This document shows, in pieces, positions 46,254 through 57,822 of a stretch of DNA of 64,000 nucleotides (positions are counted from its first letter, which is position 1; each line of letters opens with the position of its first letter). Under the pieces are notes generated by a model. The model worked only from the letters and a program-made list of their open reading frames with translations, searched no databases and was not told the origin of the DNA. Where the stretch lies: the NCBI RefSeq assembly GCF_011745625.1, contig NW_027191484.1:186001-250000 (forward strand). The letters run 5' to 3'. The stretch comes from Cladosporium halotolerans. Taxonomy: Eukaryota. The position numbers and the translations under genes were made by a program.

Positions 46254-47786
46254 CTAATACCACCCATCCCCCTCCTCACCCAACTTCTCATTCTTCGGAT
46301 TCAGACTCGCCATCCTCTGCCCAGGAATGCTGCCCGAAATCCTACTCTCAAAAACACCACTCACCGCCCTCCTGCCCACGCGACTGAAGCTCTCAAACTC
46401 CGGCGCCCCCTCGCCCGCACTGCTCTTCAGCCCGTTGATCGCCAGCCACTCCGGGCTCGTGTACGGGTTCCTGCCGTCGCCCAGATCCGCCCAGCGCGTC
46501 ACGACGATCGAGTGCTTGAACTGGAACACGGGGTCGCTCTTGTCCTCGCACATCTGCACCTCCACCAGGTACTCCGAGGGGCACTCCGGGCAGCGGCGCG
46601 CGGGCCGGCAGGTGTCGCAGCCGGTGACGATGAAGTTGGGGTGCGCGGCGGAGCGGGAGATCTTGGGGGCGCGCTTGATCTGCGCGAGGTAGGGGTCCGG
46701 GCGGCGCGGGATGTGCGAGAGCGCGCACTTGCAGATCTTGGTGAGGACGCCGTCGCGCCAGTGCGCGCAGACGGAGAAGAAGGGCGTGAACTCCTCGCGG
46801 TCGTAGAGGAGGTGGCGCTCGGCGGTGGGCGCGAGGTCCGGGGGCGCGAAGGTCGTCGAGACGACGCGCATGAGCAGGTGCCCGTCGTGCACCATGAAGC
46901 GCGTGCGGTGCTTCCAGGTCGAGTCCTTGCATTTCCAGTGTCGTTGCAGGTCGTCGTGGGAGATGCCGAAGCGGGCGCCGTAGTCGGACTCGCGGAGGGC
47001 GAGTTGCATGAAGTAGTAAGGGAGTTCGCGGCCGTGCGCGATGCGTGTTCGAGGTAGGACGGTGTTGCGGACGTTGGGGCAGTCGTAGATGGGTCGTGAA
47101 ACGAATTGTGAGTGAAGGCTTTCCTGGCCTGGGTTTGTGCGACGGTGGTAGGAAGCGCAAGGGAAGCAGAAGAGGTCGTCTGGCCATCTGTTGTCGTATG
47201 CGCGTTGGACGAACTTGATCCTCAGATTACGGTTTTCTGGTAAGTTCATTACCTTGAGTGCAGCATTGCCCAGCTTTTCGTTGATGGTCTTTGTTGCAAG
47301 GGTGAGACTGGCAGCGTCGACGGCGTCCAGATGTGAGCAGATGCGCATCCATATCTCGTCAGGAAGGATGGCCACCCTTCGTTCGGCACTCTCGTCAAGT
47401 TTTCCAGCCATCTTAGCCATTTCTTTCGAGTCGAAGTAAGGATCTCGCAGTTTTCGGATGTCGTAACCAGCCTGATCCGCCAACGAGTCAAAAGAGTCAT
47501 GGTGAGCGAGTCGGTGCATCATGTCAGTGTGGTCAACCTTGTCAACCAACGTGTCGCCATCGAAGGCAGAGTACTCCCGCTCTCCGAGTTCGTTAATGTC
47601 GCCATGGTCATCACTCCCTCGTTTGATCTGATTCGGATGGGCGCGTTTTCGTCGCCTCTCGGCATCTCTGGCGTTCTGTTTGTCGATAGATTTCTGCGTG
47701 TAGGCATTTTTTGACCGGATCTTGGCGCTAATGCCGAGGACGAGTTTCGCAGGCCAGCTTCCCAAATGAGGCGTGTTCCAATCCAT
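46254..47786 (-). CDS. F-box-domain protein with Cys-rich C-terminal region
   Basis: ILPDEIWMRICSHLDAVDAASLTLATK; CxxC motifs (CFPC, CDTC, CPEC); VTRWADLG. Confidence 0.8.
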   Translation of the reverse strand: MDWNTPHLGSWPAKLVLGISAKIRSKNAYTQKSIDKQNARDAERRRKRAHPNQIKRGSDDHGDINELGEREYSAFDGDTLVDKVDHTDMMHRLAHHDSFDSLADQAGYDIRKLRDPYFDSKEMAKMAGKLDESAERRVAILPDEIWMRICSHLDAVDAASLTLATKTINEKLGNAALKVMNLPENRNLRIKFVQRAYDNRWPDDLFCFPCASYHRRTNPGQESLHSQFVSRPIYDCPNVRNTVLPRTRIAHGRELPYYFMQLALRESDYGARFGISHDDLQRHWKCKDSTWKHRTRFMVHDGHLLMRVVSTTFAPPDLAPTAERHLLYDREEFTPFFSVCAHWRDGVLTKICKCALSHIPRRPDPYLAQIKRAPKISRSAAHPNFIVTGCDTCRPARRCPECPSEYLVEVQMCEDKSDPVFQFKHSIVVTRWADLGDGRNPYTSPEWLAINGLKSSAGEGAPEFESFSRVGRRAVSGVFESRISGSIPGQRMASLNPKNEKLGEEGDGWY

Positions 47787-48150
47787 CGCGCTCGGCTAGT
47801 GCGCGAGGTCGTGTGCCACAGACAGATGCAAGGGTCCGGGATTGTGCGGATAGCGAGCGGCTATCACTGCACGACTTCACCAACGCGATGTGCGACAGGC
47901 CAGACTTTTACGCGCTGCGATGTGAAGGGGTTATCAGAAACCGGTGAGTAGCAGCGCGACGGCGAGGTGGAAGACTTCAAATGAAGTTCTTCCAGCCATG
48001 CCGCGTTGCGCATCATTGCGGAGCACGGCCCCGGCCACATCCGGCCGTGACCTCAAAACGCTCCACAATTCGGTCAGAGGAAAGGATTGAAATGCTGGGT
48101 GATCACCCCACAATCTTCGATCTAAGCATATGACCAAGCAACGCTTTCTC

Positions 48151-49806
48151 CTATTGACTACCGTCGTGTTTGATCCCAGACTCTTCGAAAAAACCGGCCT
48201 GACCCAGCGCCTTAATGACTTGCAGCGCCAAACGGTCGTCGCCCTGTTGCTCTTGCTCAAGTAATCGCTCAAAAATAGTCTTGCGCTCATCTTTCTTCGG
48301 ATCGAGTTTGGGCGCATACCGGTCGAATGCCGGCTTATCCTGCTGGGGTTGAGCAGGTCGTGCAGACGGTGCTTTGCTGGACAGCTCGTGCCGGTATCTG
48401 CAAGCGTCACCGTCGCGACATCTACCACTGGCCGAAAAATACCTGCACAGCTGTCGCGGTGCTCCAGGTGCAGCGGAAGCCAGCGGCTTCGAGCTGACTT
48501 GCTCCGGTGGCCCGCTGTCATCCGAATCCGAGTCAGAAGATTCTGCCTCGCTCTCAGGCGATTCGGCGGTAGCTTCTTGTGCGTCACCTTCGTCGTCAGT
48601 CTCATCCATGTCAATGCCTGGAAGTACTTTTGGTACATCCTGCATGGGCTCATCTGAAGTAGATTGCTGCGTTCCTGTGATCGCGTTGGATTCGGCATCC
48701 GCGCCAGCAGGCCGCTGATCATTTTCGTTAATGACCTCAATCATGGATGTATCATTCGTCACTGCCGCCGCTTTTGACGGTCCATGACTTGACATGGTGT
48801 CAGACGGGCCAGCGGCCTTTTCAGACTGTTCGAGGTTTGTAGCGAGCGGTTCCTGACGCGCTTCGTCGGGCTGCTTCGCCGGCTCACGCAAAGACCTCGT
48901 CTTGGCTTCAACGTGCCTGTTTCGAGGCGCCTGGTGCAACTTCGCAACAGCAGCCAACAACCGCTTCCGCTCCCCGCCCACTCGTAGTCTCTCAGTTTCT
49001 TTCTGAGAAACTCGATCGTTTGTCGGAAACTGCTTGCGACGTTCTTCCTTCCAAGCGGCCAGATCAGCTTCGTTGTTCAAAGTCATGACCTCGCCATTGT
49101 GCTCGAAAGTCAGTTTCGTGCCCAGCTCGGCGAACTGAGCTTCCTCGTCGACGTCCTCGTCTTCGCTGTCAGAGGGGTAAGCAGGCGGGGCGCCATCCTG
49201 TGGTGTGAGTCCTAGTGCTTTCGACCCTGGTCTGGTGCTAGGCCCCGATCGCGGCGCAGGAACATTGCTAGGGGTCCGAGCTGGTTCAGCGGATGCAGCA
49301 GTTGGGAAGATGGGTGCACCAAAGCTGGGTACAGAAGGTGCGGTCTGTGGGCCAGGCTTCTTTTCACGTGGTTGCTGAGGGCCTCTCAATGCATCGAGTT
49401 TGCGCTTGTGTCCCGCTTGGTTTCGAGCTGGCCCATCGTTCGACTGAGTGTGAGTTGGAGTAGCGTTGGCATTCCCATATTGTCTTTGCCCAGTGAAATT
49501 GGGGTTAATGTAAGATCCTGGTGGTGGTGGTTGTGCGCTCGTCTGAAACGTCTGAGGTCCTTGACGCGAGTTCTGCCATTGCGTCGAAGCAATTCCAGAC
49601 TGCGGATTGCTGTAATTTGTGGGCTCGAAATTGGGATTTCCACGTCCGCGGCCGCGACCTGATCCTCGACCTCGAGCATCAAAACCACCACGTCCACGAC
49701 CTCCACGACCAGATTGTTGTGAGTACTCGTAGTCTGGCTGCTGGCTCTGCTGCGCTGGCTTTGGCGGAGGCGGAGGCGGAGGTGGAAAAGAAAAACCCCC
49801 TGCCAT
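48151..49806 (-). CDS. NUFIP1/Rsa1-like snoRNP assembly factor with CCCH zinc finger
   Basis: DLAAWKEERRKQFPT motif; CRYFSASGRCRDGDACRYRH; RGG-rich N-terminus; C-terminal IFERLLEQE..LQVIK. Confidence 0.75.
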   Translation of the reverse strand: MAGGFSFPPPPPPPPKPAQQSQQPDYEYSQQSGRGGRGRGGFDARGRGSGRGRGRGNPNFEPTNYSNPQSGIASTQWQNSRQGPQTFQTSAQPPPPGSYINPNFTGQRQYGNANATPTHTQSNDGPARNQAGHKRKLDALRGPQQPREKKPGPQTAPSVPSFGAPIFPTAASAEPARTPSNVPAPRSGPSTRPGSKALGLTPQDGAPPAYPSDSEDEDVDEEAQFAELGTKLTFEHNGEVMTLNNEADLAAWKEERRKQFPTNDRVSQKETERLRVGGERKRLLAAVAKLHQAPRNRHVEAKTRSLREPAKQPDEARQEPLATNLEQSEKAAGPSDTMSSHGPSKAAAVTNDTSMIEVINENDQRPAGADAESNAITGTQQSTSDEPMQDVPKVLPGIDMDETDDEGDAQEATAESPESEAESSDSDSDDSGPPEQVSSKPLASAAPGAPRQLCRYFSASGRCRDGDACRYRHELSSKAPSARPAQPQQDKPAFDRYAPKLDPKKDERKTIFERLLEQEQQGDDRLALQVIKALGQAGFFEESGIKHDGSQ

Positions 49807-50257
49807 GTTGAGCGAAATATCCTTCCAATCAACGGCTCAACAGAGTACACGCAAGTTTGAAACAAAGTCTCTTTGCTAGAACGGAGATGTCTTCGCTTGA
49901 TGTGGTCGTCGGATATGTATCGTTCGCAAGATGAAGATCTCGAAAGTTGGTTCGGCAGGAAGGTGAAGTGCTCGGCTTGCCTGCCGATTGGCTGCAGCAG
50001 GCTCAAGCGCAGCGAACTTCAGCGAGTCGAATCTTCACTTCATGCAGAGCGAACGGGAATCATGACCTAACAGAGTATCGGTGTGAATATTGAAACCGAA
50101 AGTAAGACATCAGATGAAGCACCACATGACACGACTTTCATGACGGAGAGCAATGCTCAGATTTGAGGCCAAACCTCGACAGAAGATTTTACGCAAGCCG
50201 CCTCGGTGAACTCGCTCGGACATTTCAAAATATAAAGAATCATACCTCTGTACAAAG

Positions 50258-51052
50258 ATGTATGTCCTGGTACGTCAATATTGAGGATCGAAGAAAACAG
50301 CGCGCATGTATCAGTCGCTAATCTTCCCCAAGGTAACCCTCGCGGACGTCGTCCAACTTCCACCTTCAACCTTCCACCTACCCAGCGCGCGCGCAATCGA
50401 AGACTGGATCAACACCAAATACGCCGACAAAGTCCTGCACAAAATCGGGCTCTGCGTCGGCTTCCACTCGCTCATCTCCTGCTCCGAAGGCCTGATCGGA
50501 CACGGCAACGGGATCGTGAACGTGAACGTCGACTTCCGCATGGTCGTCTGGCGGCCCTTCCGCGGCGAGATCCTGCAGGGCACGATCGCGCAGTCGGACG
50601 TCAAGGACGGCATCTGGCTGAGCATGGACTTCTTCGAGGACCTCCAGGTGCCGCCGTCGGTGCTGTTCGACCCCAGCGTGTACCAGCAGGAGGGCGAGGA
50701 CGGGGTATTTGTGTGGCGCAGCGAGAACGCGGAGGCGGAGAATGGGTACGATGAGTACTTCTTCGACCGCAATGAGAAGTGCTTGTGTCGCGTGGAAATG
50801 GAGCAGTGGACGGATCTCAGCCCGCAGCTGGCGCAGCAGCAGCAGAGGTTCAGCGCTGGTGGAGGTGGCGAAGAGGAAGAGGCCGCGGAGGAGCCGAGGA
50901 AGCAGCCTTACGCGGTACAGGCCAGCATGATGCACTCTGGCCTTGGGCCGAAGCTTTGGTGGCTGGGTGAGGACGATCTCGCACAGGAGGCGCAGGACGA
51001 AACGGCAGAAGGAATGGACGTAGACGGCGGGGCAGAGCAGGAGACTGCGTAG
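50258..51052 (+). CDS. RPC25: RNA polymerase III subunit Rpc25 (RPC8)
   Basis: 12-nt first exon (MYVL) and intron 50270-50332; INTKYADKVLHKIGLCV, FRMVVWRPFRGEIL.G.I and GLGP..WW. Confidence 0.92.
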
Positions 51053-51383
51053 CAGATCTCCCGGCACTATAGCGTGGTGTTCAGGCGTTTTCAACCGGCG
51101 ATTGAAGGAAATGTAGGTATGCAATGGCATTATTTTGATTCGACAATCTTTTTTGACTTCTACTTCACTGCGGGACCAAAAGCGCTCGTCTCACCTTTGG
51201 CCTTACCACCATCATCCTTCACGTAGCACATCATGTAACAGTCTAGCCAGGCTGTTGTTTGCTTGCCCACTCGCATTGCGCCACGAAGAACAGAGACCCA
51301 TGAAATACCCTGACCTTCGCTGCAACCGCCGTGAGGCTGAGGACGCCAAAGCACCAAAGAAGCAACCTCCAAGTCGTCCAGGT

Positions 51384-53447
51384 CTACAATGCAGAGAAGA
51401 CGAAAAGCTGTGGTGTGTCAGTTTAGCGTGAAGAAGGCTGTGGCTGCCGTTGGTAGAAGCTTACATTATTCGTAGCAGCGATGGCAATGCTGTCCTCATG
51501 GGGATGCCAACTCATGTGCAGGATCTTCTTGTTGAAGTCGATCTGGTCCGCGTCTGTCTCCTTGCGCATGCGCTGCGCACCGCCAGCGGGCGAGCTCGCA
51601 CGGCTACCCTTCTTGCCGTCCTTACCAGCGCCGGCGTTCATGGGCGTAGGGATACCGACCTTCTTGGCTTTGAAGGCGCTCTTGTCAGCCTGAAGGACGA
51701 CTTCGGTGTCCTTGTCAGGATCGCTGGGGTAGATCATGAAGTTGTTGTTGTAGGAGCCAGTCATAACGTTCCTCGCATCACCAGAGAAGGTGACCTCAAA
51801 CTTGTCGAAAATGCTGTCGTTCTCATATGTGTCGCAGAGTCTCGGGCGGAGGTGCTCGTGGATGGGGATAGTCTTGACTGGCTGACGTTCCATGTTGACG
51901 TCCCAGATCTTGACCGTGAGGTAGTCACGCGAGAGGATGTAGCGGCCGTCGTGACTGAAACGGACGTCGGAGATGGAAGAGATAATTTCCGAGAAGAATG
52001 AGCGAGACGATGGGTCTTCTTCTTGTTCGAACTCTGCGAGACAGTCAGAAATGATCTTACAGACATCGAGATGGATCTCTCTTTCGATACTTACGCTTCG
52101 CATGCTCGTCACAGAGAGCCTTTTGCCTCATGTCAGCCAACTTGATCGTGCCCTTGCTAGACGCATACATAAACCAGTTGCAGCTGGTAGGGTGAAACTC
52201 GGCAGCGGTGATGACCTCTGTAAGCTCCTCCATGTTCGCAGGCTTGATGTCCACGATGTTGAAGCTCTGATCTTGGATGTTCAGGTTCCACAGGTTTATC
52301 CGCAAGTCATCACTGCTAATGAATGTCTCGCCGTCGCTGTTGACGGATATGCTGTTGATGTGGTAGGCGTGCGCATTGGCGTACACTTTCCGCGGTACCG
52401 CCGCAACCACAGTGTCGTGATGTGTCATGCGAGGGAATTTGAGGTCTGCCACGGAGCGGAAGTGCTGGTTAGGATACCGCACTGGTCCGCCGCCATTTGC
52501 GCCGCTCGCACCAGCCGGAGTCAGCTCTGATGAGAGATTGTTCTCTGCCACCACCTTCAGGGATTTTTCAAACACCTTCCAGAGCTTGATGGTCTTGTCA
52601 TTTGTTGACAACAGGTAGTGTGACGCATTCTGTCTCTTGCACCACTTGATCTTGTTGATCTTCTCCTCGATCTCCAGGGATTTTAGGTAGTCGAATTCGG
52701 GCTCGTGTGACTGGAACTCGGTGTGGAACTTGTACTCGCAGGTCTTCTTGGTTTCGTTACGTTCGAAGAGTACGACTCTGCCACCCTTGTCACCAGTCGC
52801 CAGGTAGTTGCCGGTTTGGTCGAACTCGACGGTGGATATTATGTCTGCCTCAGTGATATCTTCTACATCACCTTTGTCACCGAAGCACCTAAAACCGTGT
52901 GTCAGCCAATTGTTCCCCAAGCGTTTGCTTTCTCGAAAGTCTGTGCTGCTCAACATGGCGGTGGCCGTACTGAGTAAAGCGCCACGTTGGATTAGGCTTG
53001 TGACGCCGATTTTCACAAAGCACTGCGCTGTCATCGCTTGACCCGGAAGCAGAGCTGTCTGATTGATACGACCGGGTAGAGTTCTGGTTTGAAGAGGACT
53101 CGAGTATATGGTCGTTGGCCGTCTCGGAACCCGATGACTCCGAGCACGTGAGGGGCTCAGCAAACTCATGACCGTCTTCAGCTCGCTCAGCAGCGCCCTC
53201 ACGGCCTGCCCGATTCGTACGGTCAAGGAAAGCGCTTCTCATTGCCTTCAACATGCTTGAGTATGGTGGTCAAGCGGCGTGAAGCTCCCGTGTCCGGCCA
53301 GAGAGAACAATGAACAGCATAGCAGTACAGTACGGCCACCATCCAGCGATAACAGCAGACAAAGGGATATGCGAGTGTTTGTAGAGGCGGCACTTACTGC
53401 GTAAACTTCCAAGTCGGCGGCTGCGAGCCGTCGCCTGCCTCCACCAT
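51384..53447 (-). CDS. CDC55: Protein phosphatase 2A regulatory B (B55) subunit
   Basis: [49 protein letters not shown]. Exons 53447-53398, 52888-52095, 52033-51465 and 51407-51384 (LFVFSAL*). Confidence 0.97.
52971..53254 (-). CDS. Putative alternative first coding exon of PP2A B55
   Basis: ATG at 53254 opens 94 codons ending [16 protein letters not shown], the same motif and phase as the canonical exon (PPTWKFT-CA|GTAAGT). It splices in frame to the acceptor at 52889. Confidence 0.75.
53328..53340 (-). promoter_or_regulatory. 13-nt intronic element complementary to the alternative-exon splice donor
   Basis: CAGTACGGCCACC (53328-53340) is the exact reverse complement of GGTGGCCGTACTG (52960-52972). 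Confidence 0.6.
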
Positions 53448-54396
53448 CTTCCCGGTGCTCGTGCCTGTCGAGCTTGCCGTATCCTTGCGCGGTAACGTAG
53501 ACTGTCCGGCTTCTGCCGCCAATGGTTCCTTCTTAGTTTGACTTGCTCTTCACCGTCCAGGGATGCAACACTTGTGAAGGGGCGGCGTGCTGCAAGTGTT
53601 GGGGTGGTGAGCGGGTGGTTGAAGGCCTGGGGAAGGCAGGGCGGTGTCAGGAGCGGCTAGTCGTCGGGCGCGTGAAGCGTCGGGAGCAGGTATGCTGGAT
53701 GGGAGCTCGCGATGTGGCGCGTGTGATGCCACTCAGGGCGATGTTGCAAAGCTGCACTTTCACGCAGAGGTATCGAATCGGTGTACTGCCCTGCCTGTGC
53801 GAAGAGAGGTTGGTACGTAATGGCGGTCCGGCGAGTTTCTCGTTGCGGGGCTTTGCTTGGGAGAGTGGCAGGTCAGCCGACTCGACGACAACATCTGCCT
53901 CTACAACAGCGTCAGCTTGTGTCTCCACTAGGAAACGCCCAGAGTACTATCGAGCAATTAAGATCGTCTCGGTGCTGTCATCATCAGGCGGTCTCAACAC
54001 CAGCTTCAAAATCAATTTCAATTTCTTGAATACGCCGTAGCGCTTGAAAAAAGGCACTCGATCATGCTATCCTTGAACGTTTGAACGACGTCACAGCAAT
54101 AAACATAGATCGCGCGATCAACTGCGCTGCACTCAGATGGCCATGTCCACATTGCTAAACGAAGTCTTCACTTTAAGTCTGGCTTTCATGCTTTCGTTCA
54201 TGGCAAAAAAGGCTTGGATTCACTCACGAAAGCCTACCTCGATGTCGAAATATGATCGGATCTTACTATCTGCGTTGATTTGATTCGCCGATGGAGCGGC
54301 ACATATCAACTTCGAATATGGCCCCTATCAGCCGTAATAGAGACATCAAGCCTGACGACAACTTGGGTCGATTTAACAAAAGGAAGAAAGGCGTCT

Positions 54397-54873
54397 TTAC
54401 ATTGCTCTACCAATATGACTGATCCTGCTCAACCTCGCACTCCAACCACTATAATACCGATTCGTCTTCCTGGTGTTTCTCCTCGCATCGACCTCATTCC
54501 CAGCCTCCTCAACAACCATCGGCTCCATAACAGCAGGTCTTGTTGTCGCCCTGTCTGGTACAGTGACTTGTGGGCCTGCCGTCACAACGCCGTAGCCGCC
54601 ATACGCCGGGGCCAAAGGTATCGGCATGGCATTTTTGTTCCAAGGATGAAACTCGTTTCGTCCATCTTTCACACTATAGCCTCTCGAGACTCGCTTGTCC
54701 TTGCGCTTTCGTCGGCATCTGCACAAGAGGCACGCGACGATTATGAAGGCCGCTACCAGAACGCAGGTTAGGACGACCAGCCAGATGATGGTTTGACGAC
54801 TGAGGGCTGCGGGCTTGTGTTCGCTCGAGAAGCTGAAGGGCGAGGCATCTGTTTGTCTTGGTGAGGCTGCCAT
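54397..54873 (-). CDS. Small single-pass membrane protein
   Basis: IIWLVVLTCVLVAAFIIVACLL followed by CRCRRKRKDK. The start may lie further upstream. Confidence 0.65.
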   Translation of the reverse strand: MAASPRQTDASPFSFSSEHKPAALSRQTIIWLVVLTCVLVAAFIIVACLLCRCRRKRKDKRVSRGYSVKDGRNEFHPWNKNAMPIPLAPAYGGYGVVTAGPQVTVPDRATTRPAVMEPMVVEEAGNEVDARRNTRKTNRYYSGWSARLSRISHIGRAM

Positions 54874-55825
54874 GGCTACCGATGTAGCGCGTTGGTAGTA
54901 GGGTAAGGAAAGCTTTGCTGCCAACGTACGAGTCGTCGGCTTGGAGATGAAGTCCAGCTTCTCGTAGTCAATGTCGTGTTCGATAATCACGCGTTTTATC
55001 AGCTCTTGTCAACAGCGAGTGACATCTACAAGATGATCCGATCTTGCAGAAGCGTGCAATGTCCGAATCACAAAGTAGACCAGAGATCTGCAAGAGGCAT
55101 TGTCCTTTGTCGGCTCAAGCGAGAGTGTCCCAAGAATTTGGACAAAGGAGACCGTCGATGTCTACGCCACTTCCGGTATGATCGTACCATCGCTGAAAGA
55201 ACCAAGACAAAGAGGATCCTGGCCAGCCTGCCATTCTAGGCTCGACCCAGGAATTTTGAATAGCCCATACCAGAACGGCCGTGCGATTGTTCACCCACTT
55301 GGAAGTCGCCTGACAATGCTATTGTTCTCGCAATCACTAGCGGCACGCCGCTGTGAGCAAGCTGGATGCATGAATGGTCTGACAATATCTGCAATCACAA
55401 TCAATCAAGCCACAATACCGTACTTGAATCCAAAGCGTGATGCGGTCACTGGCCCTACCTGACTCAGCTTAGTCTGCTGTAGCACGAGTGACCAAGCACG
55501 TCAACATTTACAGATATTGACGGCAGCCGCACAGCCAACATGCGCAGCTTTCGAACACCCGTGACTTGATACCTAAAGTACCCGTTCTAAAACCCCCGCA
55601 AGCAAGCTGTAAAATAGGCCCGCGTGAGAGCTAAAACAAGCCCAGAGCGATCGAACACTGTCTTCAAATCATCATCAGCGCAAACAAAGCCCTTGCACGT
55701 AGCATAGCATTCTTGCGAGACAATCCTTTCACGAACAAAGAAAGCAGAAATTGGATAACCAGCTGAGGTCCAACCAAACCTCACACTCTCCGAATCGCAC
55801 GTGAGCGGCGGAAAACACGATCAAC

Positions 55826-56287
55826 ATGTGTTGCCACCGCCTCTACGTCTACACTGTCTGCGGACACTCGGTCTTCTCGCAGAAGCCGCTGATCGAATGC
55901 CGCCATGCCTCCATCGAGCCGGGCGAGTACCAGTCCACGGCCTGCGAGCTGATCGCGCACCCCTACCAAAGCTGGAAGTTCGACAGACTCTGCCCGCCGT
56001 GCCAGGTACGGCGCGAGGCGCTCATGAGCGGTCTGGAAGCGGCTCAGACGGTCAAGTTCGACGAGTGGAAGTGGAAAGTGTCGTACGGGATGCCGGCGCA
56101 CGGGAAGGATTTTTGGGGCCGGCGGGCGGAGGAGCGGGAGAAGCGTGAGAAGGAGCTTGAGAAGGAAGTGAAGGCCGAGACTAGGAAAAGCAGAGCATTC
56201 TCGTTGAAGAGGAGGAGTACGAGGAAGTCGGCGAAGTCGCCTCGCTCGCCGGCGTTGTCCAAGGATGGAGGCGGGGCTTGGCGCTGA
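55826..56287 (+). CDS. Small Cys/His-containing hypothetical protein
   Basis: MCCH..YTVCGH..C..C..HPYQS..LCPPC, a charged tail and coding-like codon bias. Confidence 0.75.
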   Translation: MCCHRLYVYTVCGHSVFSQKPLIECRHASIEPGEYQSTACELIAHPYQSWKFDRLCPPCQVRREALMSGLEAAQTVKFDEWKWKVSYGMPAHGKDFWGRRAEEREKREKELEKEVKAETRKSRAFSLKRRSTRKSAKSPRSPALSKDGGGAWR

Positions 56288-56491
56288 CCGGACGGCCATT
56301 GGCCCGCGGCTGGCTGGCGGGCGAGCGACTTCACCTTCTCGCGAGCGCGGCTGGCGACGACATTAGACCTCACCTGCTCCCGCGGCGTCGACAACCCTAC
56401 AAAACACCGCAAAACATAGAGGGCTGCCTCTCTGGAACTTCCTTAACCCACCAATTCCGACGCGCCGGCGACCGACCGCCCCCCAGCAAAA

Positions 56492-56881
56492 ATGCCGACC
56501 CCCGAGTCCGAGATGTTCAAGGCGGCCAAGCCTACCGTCCCGCCCACCTTCGACGGTGTCGACTACGACGACAACAAGGCGCTCAAGGCCGCACAGGACG
56601 CCGTGATCAGAGAGCAGTGGGTGCAGAGCATGATGGCGCGATTGGTGCGGGAGGAGCTGGGCAAGTGCTACTACCGAGAGGGCGTGAACCACCTGGAGAA
56701 GTGCGGACACCTGAGAGGTAAGAGCATTGAGTATCCCAGATTTGGGCGGAAAGCATGGTGTTTGGAGATTCTGGGCTGACATGTCGTTTTTCTCTCCACA
56801 GACCGGTATCTCCAGCAGCTCCAGCACTCGAAGGTCAAGGGTTACCTGTTCCAGCAGCAGAACTACGTGCCCAAGGAGTAG
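56492..56881 (+). CDS. NDUFB10: NADH-ubiquinone oxidoreductase 12-kDa subunit (NDUFB10/PDSW family)
   Basis: REQWVQSMMARLVREELGKCYYREGVNHLEKC; intron 56718-56801. Confidence 0.9.
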
Positions 56882-57822
56882 AAGGACGCGCAGGGTGCGG
56901 AGAGATTGCATGAAAATGTATAACAGTATGCAAAACGGATACAAAGGAATGTAAATGAAGAGCTCGCGTGCGCGCGGGAGTGTTTTTTCTTTTTGGGCTA
57001 TTTCACCATATGACCCAATGGCTTGTCGCAGAGCTCTTCAGCTCGCAGTCGTGAGCTTTATGTGCTTTGCTCATGTGCCCGACCGTCGGCAAAGCTTTCA
57101 TGGCTCGAAATCTAGCAGCGGAGTTTTTGGGCGGAGGACGGTGAGAAGTGCATCTGCGGCAGAAATCCCTCCACTATGACGAGAAGCGTGCTTGCCGCTA
57201 TCAATCATCGTGTGCGAAAGTATAAGGCAGCTCTGCCCTATTGTGAGCCCTTGCTAAACGTCTCCAAACTCTACAATTGCGCGTTGGCCTTGGTGCATGG
57301 GTCAGGCATGAGCAACAAAGCAGCTCAGCGAATGAAGATTGCCCCAGTCATTAACTTGGTACGTGAAGGCTCTACTTCCGAGTGCAGCTTTGAAATAGAT
57401 TGCAGGCTCCGTGTCACAGGACTCTCAATGCAGGCTGTTCGGCATTTGCTTCAAAGCGCAACTTTCTCCATTGATGACGCGATCTTCATGACGCGCGCAC
57501 TACAGTAACAGCTCACAGAAACATCACAGTAGAGCATTCGTCTGAAAGGAGGACTTCTGCGATAATGTGAGAAGGAACATTGTTTTTGCGTCTATCGTGC
57601 ATCATGTTGTTTCAGAAAAAAAGAAAAGGCCATTCCCGAGCAGGACCAAATGATCCACTCGTGCCGCAGCAATCGAACCCGCGTGCCTCGGTAGCCCCAT
57701 CAAGGCACGATGCTTTCCTCCCGTTCATCCCAGCAAACCTCCCAACGCCTTCGTCCCATCTATTCGTTGCCTCTAAACACTCATTACCACTCCATGTCAT
57801 CTATCCACAGACCTGATTGGAC

